From contig JBITAJ010000027.1 in assembly GCA_044440125.1 (NCBI GenBank), forward strand, positions 224,001 to 288,000: a stretch of DNA of 64,000 nucleotides. The letters are read 5' to 3'. A program made the position numbers and the translations under genes. Shown piece by piece: positions 37,510 to 46,066 of the stretch. This DNA is from Sedimentisphaeraceae bacterium JB056 (lineage in GTDB: Bacteria > Planctomycetota > Phycisphaerae > Sedimentisphaerales > Sedimentisphaeraceae). The notes under the pieces were generated by a model. The model searched no databases, was not told where the DNA came from, and was given only the letters and a program-made list of their open reading frames with translations. Position 1 is the first letter of the stretch. Each line of letters begins with the position of its first letter.

Positions 37510-40374
37510 ATGAAAAGAAACAGTATTTTAAGTTCAGTGTTACTGGCGGCGGCTTTATTCATACTTTGTGGTGATGGTATGGCAGAGCTTTCGCGAAATG
37601 AATCAGGAAAAGTTACAGTTGTTTCCGAGCAGATTGGTGATATCCAATTTGACTACAGGCAATCGCAGGGAGTAAATCTTTCCATCGGGGGTACTTCCGT
37701 TGTTACTTCAAGTTCCTTGTTTGTAGTGTCTCCCAATTGGGTGGAAAAGTTTTTTCTTTCAACATCAGAATCCTTTATTGAGGATGTGATTGTTGAGGAT
37801 GCTGACGGAGCAAAGAAGATCACCCTGATTCAACGAAGTACTATTGCTCCTTCCAATGTGTTTGAAGCTGAGCAGGTATTCACTGTTTATCCTGACAACA
37901 GAATAATTTTCCATGTCGATGTCGTTTACAAGGGAGACGACGATGCTATTTTTGAAAGCAAGATAGCGGGACTTAATGCTGTACTTTTTGCCGGTCGTGA
38001 TTATGAAGTTTATAAAGGCGGGCAGAAAACAGCAGGAACTGTTCCTGTGAAACCGGCTGGGGCTACACCAGAGGAAAGTAAGGTTGCCGATGATTTTGAC
38101 AGAATCATTTTTCATTCACGACTTGGTGATGTTGAGATAACATCTAAAGAGGGTGATGATGCGATTATCTTCGATTATCGCGGCAATATGTGGGCTGAGG
38201 CTAATGATCCGATTCTGTGGTTTGGTTATTTGAATAAACCGCTTGAGAAGAATGTCAGGCGGTCGTATACTGTAACAATGAAACTGCCTTCAGTTGAGAC
38301 TGACAGAGAAAAGAAAGTTGTTTCATCTCAGATAGATGTTCAAGCTGTTGCTGATGCAAGAGTCGCAAGATGGGGCAAGGATTGTATTATGCCTACGCCA
38401 AAGCAGCTTGAATATACTTCAGATAAGTTTCCGCTCTCAGAGAGAACCAAAATATATTTGCCGCAAGGCAGCAGTGATCGTGTTGAAAATGGCGTCAGTT
38501 TTCTGCGCGAGGATATCGAGAATAATTTCGGTTTTAAGCCGGTAGTTATTCGCGGGCAGGTTCCTGATGATGCATATAATGTTATTGTGATTGGTACTGA
38601 TTTGGCTTGTACAGAGACATCGCTTTCGATACCTGAGAATCCAGAAGGATATTGCCTGAATGCTGATGATAATAAGGTTGTGATATCTTCTTGCGGAGAC
38701 CAAGGTGTTTTTAACGGCATCATGACGCTGCTGCAGCTTATAACGCTTGAAGATTCAGAGCTGTATATAAAAGGTGCCGCGGTTACGGATTATCCATCAC
38801 TTGATATGAGAGGTTTGCACTTCTTTTCAGGCAAAGATGTAGGGGGTCAGTCTGCTAAACTGATACGTGATATTATGGCTCGTTTCAAACTCAATACTCT
38901 CGTATGGCAGTGTGATTATGTCAATTGGGATAATGCCGGTACTGTCCATAAGAATTACGGCATGGATAAGGCCGATGCTAAAAAGGTAGTGGTTGCGGCT
39001 AAACAGAATAATGTGGAATTCATTCCGCTTCTGGCTACGCTTGGTCATGCTGAGTGGATATTTGACAATGGGGCAAATATGGATATTGTTGAGGATCCGG
39101 AGAAGCCTTATGCTTATTGTCCGACCAATCCTGCGACTTATGATTTTATTTACGGTATGTTTGAAGAGATACTGGATTTCTGCATCGACAAACCACGTAT
39201 ATTTCACATTGGACACGATGAAGTAACGATGTTCGGACGTTTCCCTTACAGAAGTAAGGATAGCGGCAAGAGCGTTACAGAGCTTGTTGGAGAAGATATT
39301 CAAAAGCTTAATGGTTGGTTCTCGCAGAGAGATATAAGAATCGGGCTTTGGGGGGATATGTTCCTTTCTCCTGATCAGGCGAGCAGTGCCGCTTTTGCTT
39401 CTGATGCAGAGGAGTCTAAGAAACGCAGGGACATGCTTCCTGACGATGCAGTGATATTTGACTGGCATTACGAGTCGAACCCGCCGGAGAAATTTACTTC
39501 GCTCAAAGTTTTTGCTGATGAGAATTTTGATACCGTCGGGTCTACATGGTCCAAGCCTGATAATATAGCCAATATGGCAAAGGCTATTAATGATAACAAT
39601 CTTGACGGTCTTTTGCAGACAACCTGGGCCGGATACAGTATGAGCGTTGATAATCGTGACAGCGCATGGGTGCAGTATTGGGCATATCTGTTTGCCGCAG
39701 AATATGCCTGGACGGGGGATAATGTCGCTGTTTCTGAATTGCCTTTTTGCGCACCAGATTTGTTTTACGAAATATGGAATGAGCTCAAGCCGCTCAAGTC
39801 TGATAAAGGCGGTATGCTTTTTGATTTAAACAGTTTGTATAATCAAAAATTAGAAGAAGGTGACAATGCGGCCGGATTTGGTGATTCCATAGATCTTTCC
39901 GGTATGCCGACAGGTAAAGTTTTACTGCATGATACTAACTTTCTCATTAATGAGACATCAGACGGTGAAGGCTGTATAATTCTTAAGAGTAACCTGAATC
40001 GCGGGGACGAAATACCTGATAGCGTAAAACTGGAATTTGAACCTGTAGAAGCGTCAAAGCTGAGTGTTTTGCTGACATCAGCAATAAGGGTCAAGGATGG
40101 TGATAATATTGGTACTTTGACTATTGGATTCAGTGATGGGACTTGTGAAAATATAGATTTGGTCTATGGCAAAAATATCTTTGCGTATAACGATGTCAGG
40201 GTTACATCCGTTTCAAGAATAGCATGGCGAGGGGCTGATTCTGCCGGTTCTGAGGTTGGACTTGGATGGATCGATATCGATATTGCTCAGGGCAAAGAAA
40301 TGGTCTCTTTCAATCTTGAAAATAAGCCTTCGGACAGTTCTATTGTTCTTGTTGGGCTGACGGCTGTTAAGTAG
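37510..40374 (+). CDS. Secreted GH20 beta-N-acetylhexosaminidase-like multidomain protein
   Basis: Signal peptide; IMPTPK, PEGYCL, DYP..MRG, LGHAEW, HIGHDEV catalytic motif, WGDM, DWHY. Confidence 0.88.
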   Translation: MKRNSILSSVLLAAALFILCGDGMAELSRNESGKVTVVSEQIGDIQFDYRQSQGVNLSIGGTSVVTSSSLFVVSPNWVEKFFLSTSESFIEDVIVEDADGAKKITLIQRSTIAPSNVFEAEQVFTVYPDNRIIFHVDVVYKGDDDAIFESKIAGLNAVLFAGRDYEVYKGGQKTAGTVPVKPAGATPEESKVADDFDRIIFHSRLGDVEITSKEGDDAIIFDYRGNMWAEANDPILWFGYLNKPLEKNVRRSYTVTMKLPSVETDREKKVVSSQIDVQAVADARVARWGKDCIMPTPKQLEYTSDKFPLSERTKIYLPQGSSDRVENGVSFLREDIENNFGFKPVVIRGQVPDDAYNVIVIGTDLACTETSLSIPENPEGYCLNADDNKVVISSCGDQGVFNGIMTLLQLITLEDSELYIKGAAVTDYPSLDMRGLHFFSGKDVGGQSAKLIRDIMARFKLNTLVWQCDYVNWDNAGTVHKNYGMDKADAKKVVVAAKQNNVEFIPLLATLGHAEWIFDNGANMDIVEDPEKPYAYCPTNPATYDFIYGMFEEILDFCIDKPRIFHIGHDEVTMFGRFPYRSKDSGKSVTELVGEDIQKLNGWFSQRDIRIGLWGDMFLSPDQASSAAFASDAEESKKRRDMLPDDAVIFDWHYESNPPEKFTSLKVFADENFDTVGSTWSKPDNIANMAKAINDNNLDGLLQTTWAGYSMSVDNRDSAWVQYWAYLFAAEYAWTGDNVAVSELPFCAPDLFYEIWNELKPLKSDKGGMLFDLNSLYNQKLEEGDNAAGFGDSIDLSGMPTGKVLLHDTNFLINETSDGEGCIILKSNLNRGDEIPDSVKLEFEPVEASKLSVLLTSAIRVKDGDNIGTLTIGFSDGTCENIDLVYGKNIFAYNDVRVTSVSRIAWRGADSAGSEVGLGWIDIDIAQGKEMVSFNLENKPSDSSIVLVGLTAVK

Positions 40375-40398
40375 AACTGATCAAACTGAAAGGGCAAT

Positions 40399-41757
40399 AT
40401 GAAATACCCTAAAATAGCGAATCTGCATAATCTCAGTGATGAGGTGAAGTTTTATGCTCAGCTCAAGGCTGAGTATGGAAGCAAGGGCGTTGGCAAGGTT
40501 GTCAAGGATGCTGAAAAGGCTCTTAAGCGGGCTGTAAAAGAACTGAAGAGGCTTCCGGTAGACGAGAGGCTTGCTGCTCGCGAGCCAGATGACCTTGAAA
40601 TGATTAGAGCTTTGCGTCCTGAGGGGCCTCGCAGGTTGATTGACAGCTTTAAGCGGAAAGATTATCTCGACAAACTTGAAGGGGCGTTTTTAGGCCGGCT
40701 TGCCGCCTGTACACTTGGTGCTCCGGTTGAATTCTGGTCGGTAGAGAAAATGGCTGAGCATGCCGCATACTGGAAGGAACCTTTTCCGCCTGTTGATTAC
40801 TGGAAGGAAGTGCCCGATCCTTATAGCCGTAGGTATGGCGGCTCCAAGAGAATTGAGTATACACGTGATGTGATGAATGGCGTGCCGGTTGATGATGATA
40901 TAATGTATACCATGATAGGTTTGCTTATTGCAGAGGAATATGGTGTTGATTTTACTACCGAGGACGTTGGGAAGGCATGGGTTAAATATCTTCCTGTTGC
41001 GTGTACTGCCGAGGAAGTCGCTTTAAATAATCTCAAAAAGGGAATCTCGGCTGATAAAGCAGGTGGGGTTGATAATCCGTATTGTGAGCTTATCGGTGCT
41101 TTCATTCGTTCAGACCCATGGGGGTATATCGCTGCCGGCTGGCCTCAAAAGGCTGCTGAACTTGCTTATAGAGATGCGTTTCTTTCTCACAGAAGGCAGG
41201 GCATATACGGAGAGATGTTCTTTGCGGCAACGATAGCGGCGGCTTTCGTTGTGGATGATCCGATTGAGGCTGTGAAAATCGGCTTGACGGAAATACCTGC
41301 TGAATGTACTTTGGCAAAAGATATTAGATGGGCTCTGGATGCATTGCCTTCTATCAGGAATTATCTTGACGGGCGCGCAGCGATAGAACAGCGATATACG
41401 CAGGTTGACAGGGATGTTGTTTATAACCCTATGTATATGGAGAGCTATAAGGGGATGCATCATGCCCATACAATAAACAATGCCGCTATAGTTGTGTTTG
41501 GTTTGGCTATTGGCGGTGGCGATTTTACCAAGACGGCTGCCGAGACAGTTGCTATGGGTATGGATAATGATTGTACCGCGGCAACAGCGGGCAGTATTGT
41601 TGGTGCTATAGCAGGGAAAGAGGGTATTGAACCTCACTGGTCAAAGCCTTTTAATAATACAATCCATTCGTATTTGATCGGCAAAAAGAAGTTCACTATA
41701 TCCGGGGCCTTAAAACGATTTGCTAAATGCGCAGCACAATGCAGTGTTGTAAAATAA
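40399..41757 (+). CDS. ADP-ribosylglycohydrolase family protein
   Basis: GAFLGR..CTLGAPVE, VDDD..YT, IGAFIRSD.WG, GMDNDCTAATAGS. Confidence 0.9.
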   Translation: MKYPKIANLHNLSDEVKFYAQLKAEYGSKGVGKVVKDAEKALKRAVKELKRLPVDERLAAREPDDLEMIRALRPEGPRRLIDSFKRKDYLDKLEGAFLGRLAACTLGAPVEFWSVEKMAEHAAYWKEPFPPVDYWKEVPDPYSRRYGGSKRIEYTRDVMNGVPVDDDIMYTMIGLLIAEEYGVDFTTEDVGKAWVKYLPVACTAEEVALNNLKKGISADKAGGVDNPYCELIGAFIRSDPWGYIAAGWPQKAAELAYRDAFLSHRRQGIYGEMFFAATIAAAFVVDDPIEAVKIGLTEIPAECTLAKDIRWALDALPSIRNYLDGRAAIEQRYTQVDRDVVYNPMYMESYKGMHHAHTINNAAIVVFGLAIGGGDFTKTAAETVAMGMDNDCTAATAGSIVGAIAGKEGIEPHWSKPFNNTIHSYLIGKKKFTISGALKRFAKCAAQCSVVK

Positions 41758-41776
41758 AGATAAGGGTGATAGGTAA

Positions 41777-42250
41777 ATGAATGATATGATAGTAAGGCTG
41801 TATGACCTGCCGGATGCTGCTGAAGATATAAAGGCTTTCAGAGAGAAGGGGGTTGTTGTTAAAAGGGCCATGTCGCTTGAGAAAAGAATCGTGGTTAAAT
41901 GGGTTGAGGAAACGTTCGGGCAATGGTGGGGGCCGGAGACCGAGACTGCTTTTGATAATTCTCCTCCGACTTGTTTTATTGCGTCTAAGGGAAAGGAGCT
42001 TTTAGGGTTTGCAGTATATGATGCTACGTGCAAGAATTTTTTCGGTCCTACAGGTGTGACGGAAAAACACAGGGGCAATGGGATTGGCAGGGTTCTTATG
42101 TTGTCTGCTTTTCATGCGATGCGGAATGACGGCTACGCTTATGGTATTATAGGCAGTGCAGGACCTGTAGATTTTTACAAGAAGGTTCTTGATGCTCAGG
42201 TGATAGAAAAATCTGTGCCGGGTGTTTATGAAGATCTTTTGCGTAATTAA
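41777..42250 (+). CDS. GNAT-family acetyltransferase
   Basis: FFGPTGV...RGNGIG acetyl-CoA binding motif, FY.K. Confidence 0.88.
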   Translation: MNDMIVRLYDLPDAAEDIKAFREKGVVVKRAMSLEKRIVVKWVEETFGQWWGPETETAFDNSPPTCFIASKGKELLGFAVYDATCKNFFGPTGVTEKHRGNGIGRVLMLSAFHAMRNDGYAYGIIGSAGPVDFYKKVLDAQVIEKSVPGVYEDLLRN

Positions 42251-42354
42251 ATATGTTTTATTATGGTAAAACGTTTTCTGGTGGTTTAGAGTTTGTTTTT
42301 GCTTCTGAATCGCGGTTTGTTTTGATGTTTTTTTGTCGTTTTACCTTTTTTTAC

Positions 42355-42401
42355 TTGAAATAATCGCTGTTTTGAGTCATAATAAGGATAACGTTTGCCC
42401 T
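42355..42401 (+). promoter_or_regulatory. Second copy of the promoter and LacI operator
   Basis: TTGAAA-17-CATAAT-AAGGATAACGTTTGCCCT; additional GGTAAAACGTTTTCT at 42266. Confidence 0.8.
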
Positions 42402-42474
42402 TGTCTGTGTTTTTGTCTTTCAGACTTGCGGCATCGGAACTTTTTAGTAGATTTGAATGATAATTTGAGGATTG

Positions 42475-43623
42475 ATGATGGACAATTTGGGAATTGGCAT
42501 AATAGGATGTGGTATCAGGATTGGGCAAGTAGTGAAGGGGCTGCTTGATGTTAATCAGGGTATTGAAATAGCGGCAGTGAGCGATCCTTCTGCTGCGTCT
42601 ATTGAATCGACCAGAAAGAATCTTGATTGCGACCCAGTTGTATATGAAGATTATAACGATCTTGTTAATGATCCGAAGGTTAAATGGGTTTTTATAGGTT
42701 CATGGAATTGCTATCATCGAGAGCATGTTGAGGCTGCGGTTAAGGCCGGCAAGCATATTTTCTGCGAAAAACCTCTTGCTACTAACCTTGATGATTGCCT
42801 CAGTATATATAATGCGTGGAAGTCAAGTAAGTGTACTTTTATGATAGGCTTTACCCTTCGTTATTCGCCGCATTACAACAAGATCAAAAAGCTTATAGAT
42901 GCCGGTGAGATAGGTGATATTGTGAGCCTTGAATTCAATGAAACACTGGATTTCAACCATGGCTCTTACATAATGGGCGGCTGGAGAAGCGAAACGAAAT
43001 ATGCAGGTACGCATCTGCTTGAGAAGTGCTGTCATGATGTTGATATTGTCAACTGGCTTGTAGACAGCAGGGCAAGGAAGTCTGCGAGTTTTGGCGGGTT
43101 GGATATTTTTAAGCCTGAACATGTTGACTGGCAGAAGAAATATGAGCCGCATAAAACAGGGTTGATGCCATTTAGGAGCTGGGGACAGCCTCATGATCCA
43201 TTTACAAATCCAAAAGATGTTGTAGATAATCAGGTAGGTATAATTGAGTACGAGAATAATGTTCGTGCGACATTTCATACGAACTGCTGCTGCGGCATAC
43301 CTGAAAGAAGAATGTATATAATCGGTACCGAAGGTGCAATTCGTGCGGATACCATCAAGGGGTTGATAGAATTGAAGAAAATCGGGTTTGATACGGAATT
43401 TATTGATTGCAGTACAGAGGCCAGCGGTAATCATGGCGGTGGTGATGAGGTGTTGTGCAAGTTTCTTTCAGATGCCATTGAAAAGGGACAGACTCCTCCT
43501 ACCGGTATGATAGACGCGTTGACTTCTGCGGCGACTTGTTTTGGTATGGACAGGGCACTTGATGATGGAATTATTTTCGACTATCTGGATATTTGGAAGA
43601 AAGTTGACGCTGTTGTAAAATAG
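42475..43623 (+). CDS. Gfo/Idh/MocA family oxidoreductase (start 42475 or 42478)
   Basis: GIGIIGCG, GKHIFCEKPLA, IGFTLRY, EKCCHDVD, HGGGD. Confidence 0.9.
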   Translation: MMDNLGIGIIGCGIRIGQVVKGLLDVNQGIEIAAVSDPSAASIESTRKNLDCDPVVYEDYNDLVNDPKVKWVFIGSWNCYHREHVEAAVKAGKHIFCEKPLATNLDDCLSIYNAWKSSKCTFMIGFTLRYSPHYNKIKKLIDAGEIGDIVSLEFNETLDFNHGSYIMGGWRSETKYAGTHLLEKCCHDVDIVNWLVDSRARKSASFGGLDIFKPEHVDWQKKYEPHKTGLMPFRSWGQPHDPFTNPKDVVDNQVGIIEYENNVRATFHTNCCCGIPERRMYIIGTEGAIRADTIKGLIELKKIGFDTEFIDCSTEASGNHGGGDEVLCKFLSDAIEKGQTPPTGMIDALTSAATCFGMDRALDDGIIFDYLDIWKKVDAVVK

Positions 43624-43747
43624 CGGTGGGCAGGAATGAGTTTGGTTTCAAACGCTATAAAAATTCTATGCCTTGAAAAATTTCAGGGGATCACGTTTCG
43701 CATAGTTATATAAAGTTGAATAAATAATCTTAGGTAAAAGAGGTCTC

Positions 43748-46009
43748 ATGACTGTAATAGACTGGGTAATAATAATAGCCGCATTGTGCATTCTAACTGC
43801 TTCTGCGATCATAACACAACGTTATTCAAAGACCGTGTCGAGCTTTCTTGCCGCAGAAAGATGCGGTGGTAGGTATATGATATCAATCTCCAGCGGTATG
43901 GCGGGATTGGGTGTTATTACTCTTATGTTTATGTTTCAGATTTCTTATGATACCGGATTTTCTGACAGCTGGTGGAAGGTCGCGTGGTGGCCTTTGCAGC
44001 TTGTTTTTGCTTTATCAGGATGGGTCATCTTTCGATTCAGGCAGACAAGGGCAATGACACTTGCCGAGTTCTTTGAGATTAGATACAGCCGTAGGTTGAG
44101 GGTGTTTGCCGGATTTGTGGCTTTTATCGCCGGCATATTGAATTTTGGAATATTTCCGTCTGTTGGTGCAAGATTCTTTATGTTCTTTTGCGGTCTTCCA
44201 TACAGTTTTCATGTCCCCGGAACGGAACTCTATCTGCAGACATTCCCTGTTTTAATGTTCATTCTGCTGTTCTTCTCCGTGCTTTTCACTTTTATCGGCG
44301 GCCAGATAACAATAATGTTCACTGATTTCATCCAGGGGTTATTCACTACGATAGCATTCGGGTTAGTTGTTGCGTTTTTGTTTTTTACATTTTCAAAAGC
44401 GGAAATGTCAGAGACCTTGCTTGCAGCTCCTCCAGGCCATTCACTTGTAAACCCTTATGATATTGGGAAAGACGCCAATTTCAGTCCGGTATTTTATCTG
44501 CTCGGACTTGCGACAAGTTTCTATACGGTTATGGGGTGGCAGGGTACTGCAGGATATAACTGTTGTGCCAAGACGGCACATGAGGCTAAAATGGCTACAA
44601 TGCTTGGTAACTGGCGTATGTTGGCTATGCTGCCTGTTTTGTGCGCATTCCTTCCAATATCAGTTCATATATATACAAAACATCACAACTACTCAGAGAA
44701 GGCAGTTGAGGTCAATGCGATTCTTGATCAAAGGGTCAATATGGAGCTCAACAAGATGGCTCAGAATACTTCCGTGAGAAAAGATGAACTAAAGCTTCTT
44801 GCCGATCTAAGCCCTGCTGAATCTGAAAAGCTGTTGAGGCTGCAGGATTACAAGGTAGAGGATGTTGACACTTCGATATATTCAGGCATACCTGCGGTTT
44901 CTGATAAAACACCGCTTGAAGCAAAAAAGTTATCCCAGTTGCTGTATGATAAATCTGATGAGATCAAAAGTCAGGTAAGGCTTCCTCTTGTGATAGGCAG
45001 GATAATACCGAGAGGTCTGGCGGGGCTTTTTTGTGCCGCGATGTTTGCGGCATTCATAAGCACTCATAATACCTATCTTCATTCATGGGGATCAATGCTT
45101 ATTCAGGATGTTGTTCTGCCATTCAGGAAGAAACCATTAAGCGAGCGTTCGCATATAAGACTGCTGCGATTGGCTGTTATCGGTGTTGCGATTTATGCCT
45201 TTATGTTCAGCCTGCTTTTTACACATTCGCAGCGTATAACTATGTATTGTCAGATAACCGCTACAGTGTTTGTTGGTGGTGCCGGCTCGCTGATAATTGG
45301 TGGTTTATATTGGAAAAAAGGTACTATCCAGGCAGCGTGGGTTGCCATGATAGCGGGTCTTGTACTTGCTTTACTTGGGATATTCATTACTCAATCCGGT
45401 GCGTCAGCCGTTGACAGTGCAATGGAGATGCCTTTCTGGATATCCGTTACTGGGCTTCTTGCCAAGATCAATCTTGATGAATCTTTTTGGAGACTGGCGC
45501 ATACAATATTCAAGATGAATGCCGCAGTTGTGATGTTTCTTACTTGTTACACCTGCATGGCATTATATGCGATCGTTTCTATTTTTACCTGTAAAAAAGA
45601 TTTCAATCTTGATAAAATGCTTCACAGAGGCAAGTATTCTATTGAGGGCGATGAATCAGCATCTATCATTGATGCAAAGACCATCTGGAACAGACTCGGG
45701 TTTTCACAGGACTTTACGAAAGGCGATTATTTTATTGCGATTGTCTCGATTGTATGGCCCTTGGTATGGTTCATCGTTTTTATTGCAGGGACCATCATGC
45801 AAGACAGTATAAAGGATACTCAATGGTTTGAGTATTGGTATTACTGGCTTTGGGGGATGTTTGTACTTGGTATAATACTTGCCGTATGGTTTACATGGGG
45901 CGGGTTCAAAGATATGTTCAGTTTCATCAAGCACCTCAAAGGAGTTAAGACAAAAGCGGAGCTGGGGTTGCTTGAACAAGACAATGGTGAGCATTTTGAT
46001 GAGAGCTGA
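43748..46009 (+). CDS. Sodium:solute symporter family transporter
   Basis: DW.II, FLAA.R, TLAEFFEIRY, GG...TDFIQG, FAAFIST, GGLYWKK; many TM segments. Confidence 0.9.
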   Translation: MTVIDWVIIIAALCILTASAIITQRYSKTVSSFLAAERCGGRYMISISSGMAGLGVITLMFMFQISYDTGFSDSWWKVAWWPLQLVFALSGWVIFRFRQTRAMTLAEFFEIRYSRRLRVFAGFVAFIAGILNFGIFPSVGARFFMFFCGLPYSFHVPGTELYLQTFPVLMFILLFFSVLFTFIGGQITIMFTDFIQGLFTTIAFGLVVAFLFFTFSKAEMSETLLAAPPGHSLVNPYDIGKDANFSPVFYLLGLATSFYTVMGWQGTAGYNCCAKTAHEAKMATMLGNWRMLAMLPVLCAFLPISVHIYTKHHNYSEKAVEVNAILDQRVNMELNKMAQNTSVRKDELKLLADLSPAESEKLLRLQDYKVEDVDTSIYSGIPAVSDKTPLEAKKLSQLLYDKSDEIKSQVRLPLVIGRIIPRGLAGLFCAAMFAAFISTHNTYLHSWGSMLIQDVVLPFRKKPLSERSHIRLLRLAVIGVAIYAFMFSLLFTHSQRITMYCQITATVFVGGAGSLIIGGLYWKKGTIQAAWVAMIAGLVLALLGIFITQSGASAVDSAMEMPFWISVTGLLAKINLDESFWRLAHTIFKMNAAVVMFLTCYTCMALYAIVSIFTCKKDFNLDKMLHRGKYSIEGDESASIIDAKTIWNRLGFSQDFTKGDYFIAIVSIVWPLVWFIVFIAGTIMQDSIKDTQWFEYWYYWLWGMFVLGIILAVWFTWGGFKDMFSFIKHLKGVKTKAELGLLEQDNGEHFDES

Positions 46010-46066
46010 GTTTGTTTGAAAGATGTGTAAATATAGTTTAGGTTTTCAGAATTTGCAGAATAAAAG

